From a virus: a stretch of 46,583 bases of DNA. The notes beneath the pieces were generated by a model, which was given only the letters and a program-made list of their open reading frames with translations, did not search any database and was not told the DNA's origin. Shown here piece by piece: positions 34,982 to 42,444 of this stretch (the stretch's first letter is position 1; each line of letters begins with the position of its first letter). Made by a program: the position numbers and the translations under genes. Where the stretch lies: positions 1 through 46,583 of the IMG/VR virus record IMGVR_UViG_3300004222_000002; one strand, written 5' to 3'.

Positions 34982-35370
34982 CAGGCCTTGCCCCCCTTCA
35001 AGCGCTCGAGTTGGGCAGCGACCTGCAGCGCCGTGCCCATCACCCGCTCCAGCGTGTGCGCCAGGCGGGCAGTCTCGGTGACCGGGTCCAAGGGCACGGG
35101 CGGGGCATAGCCAGCCTCGCGCATGAAATAGGCGGTCAGGCCGTGGAAGCCGATCTCGCGCGCCTTGCGCATCAGCAGCAGCACCTGGCCGGGGTTCAGC
35201 CGCTCGGAGCGCGAGGGGTTGAGCGCATCCAGCAGGTAGCGCGCGGCTGCCTCGGGCGTCTTCTCGGGGTAGAGCATCTCGCCCACCTTCTTCGCGCCGC
35301 CCAGGCGCTGGACGGCCGCCTTGGCCGCGTCTAACTCATCGTCATACATCAGGATTTCATCGTCATCCAT
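34981..35370 (-). CDS. Hypothetical early protein (129 aa)
   Basis: GAGAGG Shine-Dalgarno upstream. Coupled (TGATG) to the primase gene. Acidic N-terminus. Confidence 0.55.
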   Translation of the reverse strand: MDDDEILMYDDELDAAKAAVQRLGGAKKVGEMLYPEKTPEAAARYLLDALNPSRSERLNPGQVLLLMRKAREIGFHGLTAYFMREAGYAPPVPLDPVTETARLAHTLERVMGTALQVAAQLERLKGGKA

Positions 35371-35411
35371 GGGTCACCTCTCTACTGTGATCCGGCCGGT
35401 TTGCGGCCCCG

Positions 35412-35448
35412 TTCCGAACCATTCCGAATCTTTCGGAACCGTTCGGAA
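35412..35448. promoter_or_regulatory. Four TTCNGAA heptamers at exact 10-bp phasing (two TTCCGAA, then two TTCGGAA)
   Basis: gTTCCGAAccaTTCCGAAtctTTCGGAAccgTTCGGAAtg, starting 42 bp upstream of the 129-aa gene start. Confidence 0.6.
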
Positions 35449-35462
35449 TGCCTCGACGAGGC

Positions 35463-35501
35463 AAAAAAAAGAGACTTCGGTGCATGAACCCATGCACCGA
35501 A
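35463..35501 (-). terminator. Intrinsic terminator between the Cro-like gene and the replication operon
   Basis: Minus strand reads TTCGGTGCATG-ggtt-CATGCACCGAA (11-bp stem) followed by gtctcTTTTTTTT. Confidence 0.65.
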
Positions 35502-35607
35502 ACCTCGCAAGAAAAAGCCGCCCAGGCCCATGACGGGCACCGGGCGGAAAATGCGCCCGGGGCGGAACACACCCCTGGCAACCACGAAACCAAGAAAGGA
35601 CACATCC

Positions 35608-35844
35608 ATGCCGGCCAACACATCACCGCGAATCGAGGAGGCCCTGCAGCGCATCGACGCCATCGAGGCGGCGTTGGGCGCGCTGACCATGCTGGCCGTG
35701 CAGCACATGCCGGCGGCCGAGCAGCGGCGCTTCGCGGAAGCGCTGGCCACGTTCGGGGCGGCAGCGGAAAAAGAAGGGGATGTGGCCACGGCTACTCTGC
35801 TGACCGGGCTGCACGGGGCGGCAGTGAGTGGGTCGGCCGCGTAG
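35608..35844 (+). CDS. Opposite-strand small helical protein (78 aa)
   Basis: AAAGGA Shine-Dalgarno 7 nt upstream of the ATG. High GC3 in this frame. Embedded in an otherwise minus-strand block. Confidence 0.5.
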   Translation: MPANTSPRIEEALQRIDAIEAALGALTMLAVQHMPAAEQRRFAEALATFGAAAEKEGDVATATLLTGLHGAAVSGSAA

Positions 35845-36017
35845 CGCACCAGTCCACCCAGCGATCTGAGAGCCGGGCGGCATCCCACGCAGCGACGTCG
35901 CTGGCGAGATCCCGGCAGAACGGCGTGCGGGCGGGGCTTTCCTTGACGCCCGTTACCGGGGGGGCGGCAAGGAAGGCCAGCAGCAGGCTGCGGCGAGTGA
36001 TAGCCGCACCTTCAAGG

Positions 36018-36242
36018 CTATGCATGAGCCGCCCCCTGCTCCGGCGCCCTACGGTTAGCCAACTCACGCAATCCGACTTCGCCCTGTGTGAGGACCTCGA
36101 TCTGGAGTGCCTCTTCGAGGCTCACCCGTCGCGTCCCACGCAACCAGTGGTTGACCTTTCCGGCGCTAACCGGCGGATCAAGGCGCTGCCCGAAGGAGGC
36201 CATGGTGATCCCATGCTTCTGAAGGTAGGTTTTGAGCTGCAT
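36018..36242 (-). CDS. Cro-like/YdaS-type HTH regulator (74 aa)
   Basis: MQLKTYLQKHGITMASFGQRLDPPVSAGKVNHWLRG. Divergent from the repressor gene. The operators abut its ATG. Confidence 0.65.
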   Translation of the reverse strand: MQLKTYLQKHGITMASFGQRLDPPVSAGKVNHWLRGTRRVSLEEALQIEVLTQGEVGLRELANRRAPEQGAAHA

Positions 36243-36244
36243 TG

Positions 36245-36272
36245 ATCCATTATGGATCAATCCACAATGGAT
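36245..36272. promoter_or_regulatory. Operator pair ATCCAttaTGGAT and ATCCAcaaTGGAT at the divergent switch
   Basis: 36245-36257 and 36260-36272. The first lies inside the 19-bp palindrome TTGATCCATTATGGATCAA. The same ATCCA-N3-TGGAT motif recurs at 37292 and 37316. Confidence 0.65.
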
Positions 36273-36335
36273 CACAAAGCCATGAACTCCATTTTGTGCA
36301 TTCCACAAGCGACGACGGCTTGGGAAACTTGCTCC

Positions 36336-36734
36336 ATGGATACATGGAGAGATCGGGCGAAGTCCCGCATGCGCGAACTTGGCATCTCGCAGGAGCGTTT
36401 GGCCGAGCAGTTCAGCATGACCCCTGCAGGCATGCAGAAGTGGTTGGCTGGAGCTCGGCAGCCCGCCTTCGAGGAGATCAACCAGATCGCGGATCACCTG
36501 GGGGTCACACGTACCTGGCTCACATATGGCACCGACCCCAACGACACTACGGATGGCCTTACTGGCCCAGCCAAGGCGGTTGTGCGCAAGCTGATACTGC
36601 TGGAGCGCACTGGCCGACTACCAGAAAGCCTCTGGGATGCAATTGGCTCCATGGTGAACGCTGTTGCTCCGCTGCCAGAAGAAACAGCACAAATCAAAAG
36701 TCCTGCCCCGGCGAAAAACGGCACAACAAACTAG
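36336..36734 (+). CDS. XRE-family HTH repressor (CI-like) without an S24 peptidase domain (132 aa)
   Basis: HTH GISQERLAEQFSMTPAGMQKWLAG. No Ser/Lys autocleavage motifs. The low GC3 of 36252-36335 argues for the ATG at 36336. Confidence 0.6.
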   Translation: MDTWRDRAKSRMRELGISQERLAEQFSMTPAGMQKWLAGARQPAFEEINQIADHLGVTRTWLTYGTDPNDTTDGLTGPAKAVVRKLILLERTGRLPESLWDAIGSMVNAVAPLPEETAQIKSPAPAKNGTTN

Positions 36735-36802
36735 AGCGCCGCCAAACTCGACTGGAGCGAAGATCTATCAATTTGTTAAACGATCCTCAGGAGGGAGGCC
36801 TA

Positions 36803-37276
36803 GTGACCAGCCATAAGCAATGCCTGAAGTGCGGACACAACGTCCAATACGACGCAGAGCCGCCTCTCGCGTGCCCTTCCTGCGGCGCCGTGTACTCCAA
36901 GGTTGAGCAAGCCCTCCGCGAGGGACTGCCGTCGAGACCCCAACCCACCCCAAAACCCTTGACAGGCCGCGCCCCAACAACAGACGTGGACCATCATGCG
37001 TTTGCCTCGCAACTACGCGAGGAAAGTATCTACCCCACGTTCCGGGCGGTGGCAAATCTCCTGTATTGGTGCGGCGTCGTTTTGGCCGTTCTTATCTTGC
37101 TAGGGGGACTATCTCTGGCAATGCGGGCCGGCATTGCCGCCGCGATCGGTGGCGTTGCAGGCGCAGTACTGGTGTTCGTGCTCGCGCGTGTGGGCAAGGA
37201 AATGAGCCTGATGCTGGCCGACCTTAGCGACGCAACCGTTCGGATGGCAGCCCATGCCGAGGGCCACAAGACGTAA
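36803..37276 (+). CDS. Zinc-ribbon plus two-TM membrane protein (157 aa) downstream of the repressor
   Basis: GTG start after AGGAGGGAGG. CLKC-N14-CPSC zinc ribbon. C-terminal hydrophobic segments LLYWCGVVLAVLILLGGLSL and AAAIGGVAGAVLVFVLA. Confidence 0.6.
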   Translation: MTSHKQCLKCGHNVQYDAEPPLACPSCGAVYSKVEQALREGLPSRPQPTPKPLTGRAPTTDVDHHAFASQLREESIYPTFRAVANLLYWCGVVLAVLILLGGLSLAMRAGIAAAIGGVAGAVLVFVLARVGKEMSLMLADLSDATVRMAAHAEGHKT

Positions 37277-37291
37277 GCGGCCAGCCAAGAA

Positions 37292-37331
37292 ATCCAAAAT
37301 GGATTGACACAAGTAATCCATTTTGGATAAT
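37292..37331 (+). promoter_or_regulatory. Near-consensus sigma-70 promoter (TTGACA-16 nt-GATAAT) flanked and overlapped by two ATCCA-N3-TGGAT operators
   Basis: Operator at 37292-37304, -35 at 37304-37309, operator at 37316-37328, -10 at 37326-37331. Lies upstream of the rightward operon. Confidence 0.65.
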
Positions 37332-37366
37332 CACCTCCGACACCCATCCCGGGTGCTGGAGGTTCC

Positions 37367-37765
37367 ATGTCCCTTGTCCCCCTTCTCGCGCTCCATGAAA
37401 CGCTTCAAGAGGCCGAGCGGTTCGTCGCCGGCTTCGAGAACGATCCCCACCAAGAAACCGATGTCGGCCTGCTGCTGAAAAAGCTGCGTGGCCAGGTCGA
37501 CGTCGTGCGCGTCACCATCGACACGCAGCGCGCCCAAGCCGCCGCCGAGGCCGCGAATGCAACGCTTCCGGCACCAGAGCAGAAGCTCGCCTCCTGCGAC
37601 CTGTCGCCGGACGAATACGCGCGCTGGGCGCAGCTGCTCGACCCCCTGATCAAGTACGCAGGCCGGCCAGGAGATTGGGGCCGGCAAACCGCGCTGGGCA
37701 TGCTGACCATGCGCCTGCTGCAGGTCCGCGAAACCCTGAAGCAGCAGATGGGGGAAGCGGTATGA
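37367..37765 (+). CDS. Hypothetical early protein (132 aa)
   Basis: GGAGG Shine-Dalgarno upstream. High GC3. Confidence 0.55.
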   Translation: MSLVPLLALHETLQEAERFVAGFENDPHQETDVGLLLKKLRGQVDVVRVTIDTQRAQAAAEAANATLPAPEQKLASCDLSPDEYARWAQLLDPLIKYAGRPGDWGRQTALGMLTMRLLQVRETLKQQMGEAV

Positions 37766-38400
37766 ACACCGTCCAGCCCATGCTCGACCTCGTGGAGCAC
37801 CTCACCAGCGCGCCCGGCGGCCAGCCCAACCCGATCACTGCCAGTCTGCTGCTGTCCTGGCTGGCGCACCCCCTGCAGCATCCGCACGGCAAGCTCAGCA
37901 AGGCCCTGATACTGCGCGGCCCGCGCGGCAACGGCACCGGCATGCTGGTGGACGTCATGGAGCACATTCACGGCACGGACTCGCTGCCGCTGAGTAGTGC
38001 CAGTGTTCTGGATCAGCGTTTCAATAGCTTTCTGTCCGGCAAGCGCCTGGTGACGTTCGACGAAGCGCCGACGCTCGAAAAACAGTACGAGCAACTAAAG
38101 CCCCTGATCAGCAACCCCTCACTGCAGATCCACGCAAAGGGCCATCCCTCACGCGTCGAGCTCAATCGCCTGAATCTCGTTTTCGTCACAAGCAACACAG
38201 CTTTGCTGCAGGCCGAGTTCGATCGACGCTACTTCGTCATCGAGACAGCACCAACGACCACCACCACGCCGCAGCTGTTTCGCGAGCTGATCCACTGGCG
38301 CGGCCGGGGCGGCGCAATCGACTTCGGCGAGTACCTGCGGCAGTACCCGCTGACGATGGATTTCCTGACCGAGCACGCATTCGCGGGGAGGCCGGCATGA
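37762..38400 (+). CDS. Short paralog of the SF3 helicase core with a degenerate Walker A (212 aa)
   Basis: LLSWLAHPLQHPHGKLSKALILRGPRGNGTGML aligns with LLRWLAYPLQHPGAKLRTAVVMHGDEGAGKNFL of 32260..33918. The Walker A Lys is replaced by Thr. Its ATG overlaps the upstream stop. Confidence 0.6.
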   Translation: MNTVQPMLDLVEHLTSAPGGQPNPITASLLLSWLAHPLQHPHGKLSKALILRGPRGNGTGMLVDVMEHIHGTDSLPLSSASVLDQRFNSFLSGKRLVTFDEAPTLEKQYEQLKPLISNPSLQIHAKGHPSRVELNRLNLVFVTSNTALLQAEFDRRYFVIETAPTTTTTPQLFRELIHWRGRGGAIDFGEYLRQYPLTMDFLTEHAFAGRPA

Positions 38401-38528
38401 ATACCTACCGCGTACGCGTCGCCGGCCGCACCTTCACCGGCGCCTACCTGAGCGGCGGCCTGGCCGTCATCCTGGCGCAGTGCTTCCACCGCGTGCACAG
38501 CGCCTCGGCCATCAGGGTGCAGCCATGA
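38397..38528 (+). CDS. Hypothetical micro-protein (43 aa)
   Basis: ATGA coupling at both ends. High GC3. Below the ORF-track size cutoff. Confidence 0.4.
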   Translation: MNTYRVRVAGRTFTGAYLSGGLAVILAQCFHRVHSASAIRVQP

Positions 38529-38680
38529 GCAGGCCGCGCATTGAACTGGATGGGCCGCACCCCAACCGCCGGCATCAACGCATCGTGCGCCGCCAACTGG
38601 TGGCCCTGACTGCCATTGCCGCGGCCCTGATCGCCGGCCCCTTCATCGCATCGGCAATCCACCTGTTCACAGGAGGCTGA
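38525..38680 (+). CDS. Small membrane protein (51 aa)
   Basis: MSRPRIELDG... followed by a TM segment (LVALTAIAAALIAGPFIASAI). ATGA coupling. Confidence 0.45.
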   Translation: MSRPRIELDGPHPNRRHQRIVRRQLVALTAIAAALIAGPFIASAIHLFTGG

Positions 38681-38682
38681 CC

Positions 38683-38982
38683 ATGGAGCTGCGCATTCAG
38701 GGCCAGGTCACCGCCTGTGTCTGCCGCACCACCACGGATGGTCGGCCCGTGCTCGAGGTCGAACTCAAGACGCAGGACGGCCAGGCCGTGCATGCCCGGC
38801 ACATCTACCCAGACAGCACCGCCAGCAGCAGCCATGCCGCCATGACGCTGGCGCGCCAGCTCAAGGGCCAGCAGGCCGAGCTGTACACCACCACCCCCCG
38901 CTTCACCTGGCAGCGCATGGACTGCCTGGCCCAACTCATCCGCGCCGTGTCAACGGCCAGCCCCCGCAAGGATCTCGCATGA
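38683..38982 (+). CDS. Hypothetical protein (99 aa)
   Basis: AGGAGG Shine-Dalgarno upstream. High GC3. Confidence 0.5.
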   Translation: MELRIQGQVTACVCRTTTDGRPVLEVELKTQDGQAVHARHIYPDSTASSSHAAMTLARQLKGQQAELYTTTPRFTWQRMDCLAQLIRAVSTASPRKDLA

Positions 38983-39266
38983 AACCCGCCCTGACCCCCA
39001 TCAACCACGGCGCCGGCTTTGGCACAAATCGCAGCGCCATCGACTCTGCGCAAGAACCTGTGCCATCCGCCAAAGCGCTGCGCCAACGCCGCATGCGCGA
39101 ACGCGTGACCACGCCAGAGCGGGAACAACCCATCCGGGCCAGCACCACAAAGGGCAACCTGGTGGCAACGGAGCTGCAGCCTTCCGTGCGCCCGGGTGCA
39201 ATGGACGCCTTCAAGCTGCCCAGCCTGATTAGCGGCAAACGCGTGTATCTCCGGGGGCACTCATGA
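38979..39266 (+). CDS. Hypothetical protein (95 aa)
   Basis: ATGA coupling. High GC3. Confidence 0.45.
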   Translation: MKPALTPINHGAGFGTNRSAIDSAQEPVPSAKALRQRRMRERVTTPEREQPIRASTTKGNLVATELQPSVRPGAMDAFKLPSLISGKRVYLRGHS

Positions 39267-39508
39267 GCAGGCCCGCCTGCAGGGCCTGCTCGCACTGGCA
39301 GCCCGACTCCAGCGACCCCCGCATGGTGCGCCTGGGCTTCGCGCACTGCGGCAAGCAGTACGCACCAGGCCACACGTTCGCGGCCACAACGCAGTGCGAT
39401 CAATTCGACCCCATGCCCACCGAGCTGCTCGAGGCGCGCCGCAAGGTCGCCGCCGAGCGCGTGCAGCAACTCAACGAAAAGGAGGCCAGCCGTGGCTCCC
39501 AAAAATAA
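39263..39508 (+). CDS. Cys-rich small protein (81 aa)
   Basis: CRACSHW...HCGK...C pattern. ATGA coupling. Confidence 0.45.
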   Translation: MSRPACRACSHWQPDSSDPRMVRLGFAHCGKQYAPGHTFAATTQCDQFDPMPTELLEARRKVAAERVQQLNEKEASRGSQK

Positions 39509-41645
39509 AGACCCCCTGATCGACCGCGATGTCGTCATCAGCGCCGAGGCCACGGGCAAGGGCGGCAAGCCCCACCCCCAGGCCGGCCAGCGCGGCAAGG
39601 TGATCGGAAAGACGCCCGGCGGGCGCCAGTACCAGATCGCCGTAGGCGACAGCCTGGTCAACCTGCCCATGGATGCCTTCGAGGTGGTGAATGATCGCGG
39701 CCCCACTGACGCAGCAGCCCAGCACCCCACGCTGCCCATCATCCAGATCGTGCCCAGCCGCACCAATCGCCGCGTGGTCGAGGACGATGCGTTGCACGAC
39801 ATGGCCGCCACCATGAAGTTGTACGGCGTGCTGCAGCCCTTGCTGCTGCGCCGCCTGCCGGCCGAGCGCCTGCAGGACACCTTCGAGGACGAGGCCACCC
39901 GCCACGCCACGCACGAAATCATCGCCGGTGAGCGCCGCTACCGCGCCGCCCAGATCGCCGGCCTGCGCGCCGTCCCCTACCTTGAGCGGGACGCGGACAA
40001 CATGCAGGCGCAGTTGATGCAGCTGATCGAAAACCTGCACCGCATCGACCTCAACCCGCTGGACGAAGCCCTGGGCGTACAGCGCCTGGTCGAAGACCAT
40101 GGCATGAATGCCGACACAGCGGGCGAGGCCCTGCGCAAGAGCCGCACCCATGTGTTCGAGTCCTTGCGCCTGCTAACGCTGTGCCCCGAAGCCATCACCG
40201 GCCTCAAGGCCGGCACGCTCACGCGCAGCGTGGCCCTGCTGGTGGCCCAGCGGCCTACCCAGGCCATCCAGGCCGAGTACACGCAGCGCGTGCTCACCGG
40301 CGGCCCGGACGGCGGCCCCATGAGCTACCGCAGCGCCCTGGACATGGCCCGGCGCAGCTACATGCTCAAGCTGGACCAGGCCCCGTTCGCACTGGACGAT
40401 GCCACGCTGTGCCCATCTGCTGGCGCCTGCTCGGTCTGCCCCAAGCACACGGGCGCGTCGCCGGAGCTATGGGACAAGAACGATGCGGACGTCTGTACTG
40501 ACACCGCCTGCTTTGCCGACAAGAAAGACGCTCACTTCGAGCGTGTCAAGGCCCAAGCCCAACAGCGCGGACAGCAGATCATCACCGGCCGCCAAGCGCG
40601 CGACATCATGCCCAGCGAAAACGGCACGCCCCGTGGCTACCTACTGCTGGACAAGCCCAGCCAGGGCAGCAGCGCGCCCGTGCGCCAGGTGCTGGGCCAG
40701 GACGTGCCGGCAGCAAACGTGGTGCTGATCGAAGCGCCCAGCGGCAACCTGGTGGAGGCCGTGGCCACGCACACCGCCAGCGCGGCGGTGAAGGTCAAGG
40801 GCGAGCGGCAAGCGGCTGCCAAGGCCCAAGCCGAGCCGCCGGCCGAGCCCACGCGGGAAGCGCTGAAGCGCGAGTACGAAATGCGCTGGCGCGAGCGCGC
40901 GGCCGAGGCAACGATCGACGGGCTCCTGCAGTGCGTGCCCGAAGGGCTGGACCACATACCCAGCCGCATTGCCCTGCAGATCCTGAAACTGCTGGCCGTC
41001 CAGACCCCCCCTCGCCTCCTGCACCGCATGTTCCAGGTTGACAGCAAGGCTGGTCGGGCAGAAATGGACTTGGAGAATGCCCTGGAGGATCTCGCCGAGC
41101 AGGATCTGCCCGCGCAGATCCAGTACATGCTCATGATGGGTTGCACCCTCGGCCTGGACCAGGGCGAGCCACTCCTCGAGGACTTGGTGGACCTGGCCAA
41201 CGTGGATCTCGAGTCGATCCAAAGCCAAGTGCAAGACGAGATGAAAGCCGAGGCCGCCGCACGCGCAGGCAAGGCAGCACCCACAGACAAGGCCACGCCC
41301 AAGCTCAAGAAGGGCAAGGCCACGGCCGCAGAGGCCAGCCGCGCGATCGCGGACGCGATGGCCGCCGCCGAGGTCACCACTCCCAACTCCATCGAACCGA
41401 TGCAGCAGGTCCGCATCCGCGTCGACCTGCGCGGACCCGGCAAGAAGCTCCTGCCCACCAGGGGACGCCTGGCCATGGTCACTGAGCGCCTCGGCGACCG
41501 CGCGTGGCTGATCGAGCTGCCCATTGACCCCGAGGTCGACCTACTCGACGAGGACGCCCTGGACGCGGCCAAGCGCTGGAACCTGAGCGCCGACTACACC
41601 GAGCTGGAAATCATCAATACCGAGCAACAGGAGGCACGCCAATGA
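39492..41645 (+). CDS. ParB/Srx N-terminal-domain protein (717 aa) with a Cys cluster
   Basis: IIAGERRYRAAQIAGL (ParB box), then an HTH-like region and the cluster CPSAGACSVCPKH...CTDTAC. GTG start after GGAGG. Confidence 0.7.
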   Translation: MAPKNKDPLIDRDVVISAEATGKGGKPHPQAGQRGKVIGKTPGGRQYQIAVGDSLVNLPMDAFEVVNDRGPTDAAAQHPTLPIIQIVPSRTNRRVVEDDALHDMAATMKLYGVLQPLLLRRLPAERLQDTFEDEATRHATHEIIAGERRYRAAQIAGLRAVPYLERDADNMQAQLMQLIENLHRIDLNPLDEALGVQRLVEDHGMNADTAGEALRKSRTHVFESLRLLTLCPEAITGLKAGTLTRSVALLVAQRPTQAIQAEYTQRVLTGGPDGGPMSYRSALDMARRSYMLKLDQAPFALDDATLCPSAGACSVCPKHTGASPELWDKNDADVCTDTACFADKKDAHFERVKAQAQQRGQQIITGRQARDIMPSENGTPRGYLLLDKPSQGSSAPVRQVLGQDVPAANVVLIEAPSGNLVEAVATHTASAAVKVKGERQAAAKAQAEPPAEPTREALKREYEMRWRERAAEATIDGLLQCVPEGLDHIPSRIALQILKLLAVQTPPRLLHRMFQVDSKAGRAEMDLENALEDLAEQDLPAQIQYMLMMGCTLGLDQGEPLLEDLVDLANVDLESIQSQVQDEMKAEAAARAGKAAPTDKATPKLKKGKATAAEASRAIADAMAAAEVTTPNSIEPMQQVRIRVDLRGPGKKLLPTRGRLAMVTERLGDRAWLIELPIDPEVDLLDEDALDAAKRWNLSADYTELEIINTEQQEARQ

Positions 41646-42442
41646 CCACAACTTCTGATCGTGACAGCCACTTCTTCCTGGCCGGCTTCAACTGCCATAT
41701 GCACCGCAATAACGCCAACATCGTGTGGAAGGAAGCTCTGGCCACGGCGCCTTCTGCATGTGCTGAGACCCATGGCTTATTGGTGGCCTGCGAGGCCGTC
41801 ATCGCCGAATGGTCTCGGCAGAAGGGCTTGTTCGCCGTTTTGTCACGGGACGGATGGATGGATGACCGCGTGGCCGAACTGCGTCTCGCCATCGAGACAG
41901 CACCTGCTAAGCCCGCGCCCACAGATTGCCCCCCGGCGTGCGTCGACGCACAGACCGAGCCCAGCCGCCACTCCGCACCGGGCTTCAGCGTGGACGCGAC
42001 GGCCATGCTCGACCAGATAAAAAAGCTGGCCGAGGAACTGATCAAGCTATCGGCCAAGGCCCAGGTTGCGAGCCCTGAGACGCCTGCTGCGCCCGCTGAG
42101 CCGTCAGTGGTTACACGCCGGATGCTGAGGAGCAAAGCCGAGCGTGATGTGATCGACGAGCGCCGCCGCCAAGTGAGCGCTGAAGGCTGCTCCACCAAGC
42201 ACGACGACGTGTATCAGGGTTCCGAACTCGCACTCGCAGCAGCTTGGTACGCAACCCCTCCATTCACTCGGTTTGCGCTCGATGCCAACGACATGAGCCT
42301 GTGGCCCATTAGCTGGCTTCCCACCTCGTTCAAGCCGGGTGATCGCCGCCGCGAGCTGGTGAAATCTGGCGCGCTGATCATCGCCGAGCTGGAGCGCCTG
42401 GACCGTGACGCAGCCTTGGCAGCAGGCGAAGTGAGGCCTTGA
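41642..42442 (+). CDS. Hypothetical protein (266 aa); C-terminal part resembles all-alpha NTP pyrophosphohydrolase/DUF550-type phage proteins
   Basis: ERRRQVSAEG...HDDVYQGSELALAAAWYA...KPGDRRRELVKSGALIIAELERLDR pattern. Low certainty. Confidence 0.4.
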   Translation: MTTTSDRDSHFFLAGFNCHMHRNNANIVWKEALATAPSACAETHGLLVACEAVIAEWSRQKGLFAVLSRDGWMDDRVAELRLAIETAPAKPAPTDCPPACVDAQTEPSRHSAPGFSVDATAMLDQIKKLAEELIKLSAKAQVASPETPAAPAEPSVVTRRMLRSKAERDVIDERRRQVSAEGCSTKHDDVYQGSELALAAAWYATPPFTRFALDANDMSLWPISWLPTSFKPGDRRRELVKSGALIIAELERLDRDAALAAGEVRP

Positions 42443-42444
42443 CC

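Noticed and set aside
35792-36067. Minus-strand ORF with a twin-arginine-like N-terminus (MHSLEGAAITRRSLLLAFLAAPP) just after the Cro-like gene.
   Set aside because: It overlaps the better-supported plus-strand gene 35608..35844 and the Cro-like stop. It has no clear RBS, and its codon bias could not be judged confidently by eye.
36252-36335. 28-codon N-terminal extension of the repressor ORF (track start 36252).
   Set aside because: Third-position GC is low here. The stretch is occupied by the operator dyads and probable promoters. The HTH domain begins just after ATG 36336.
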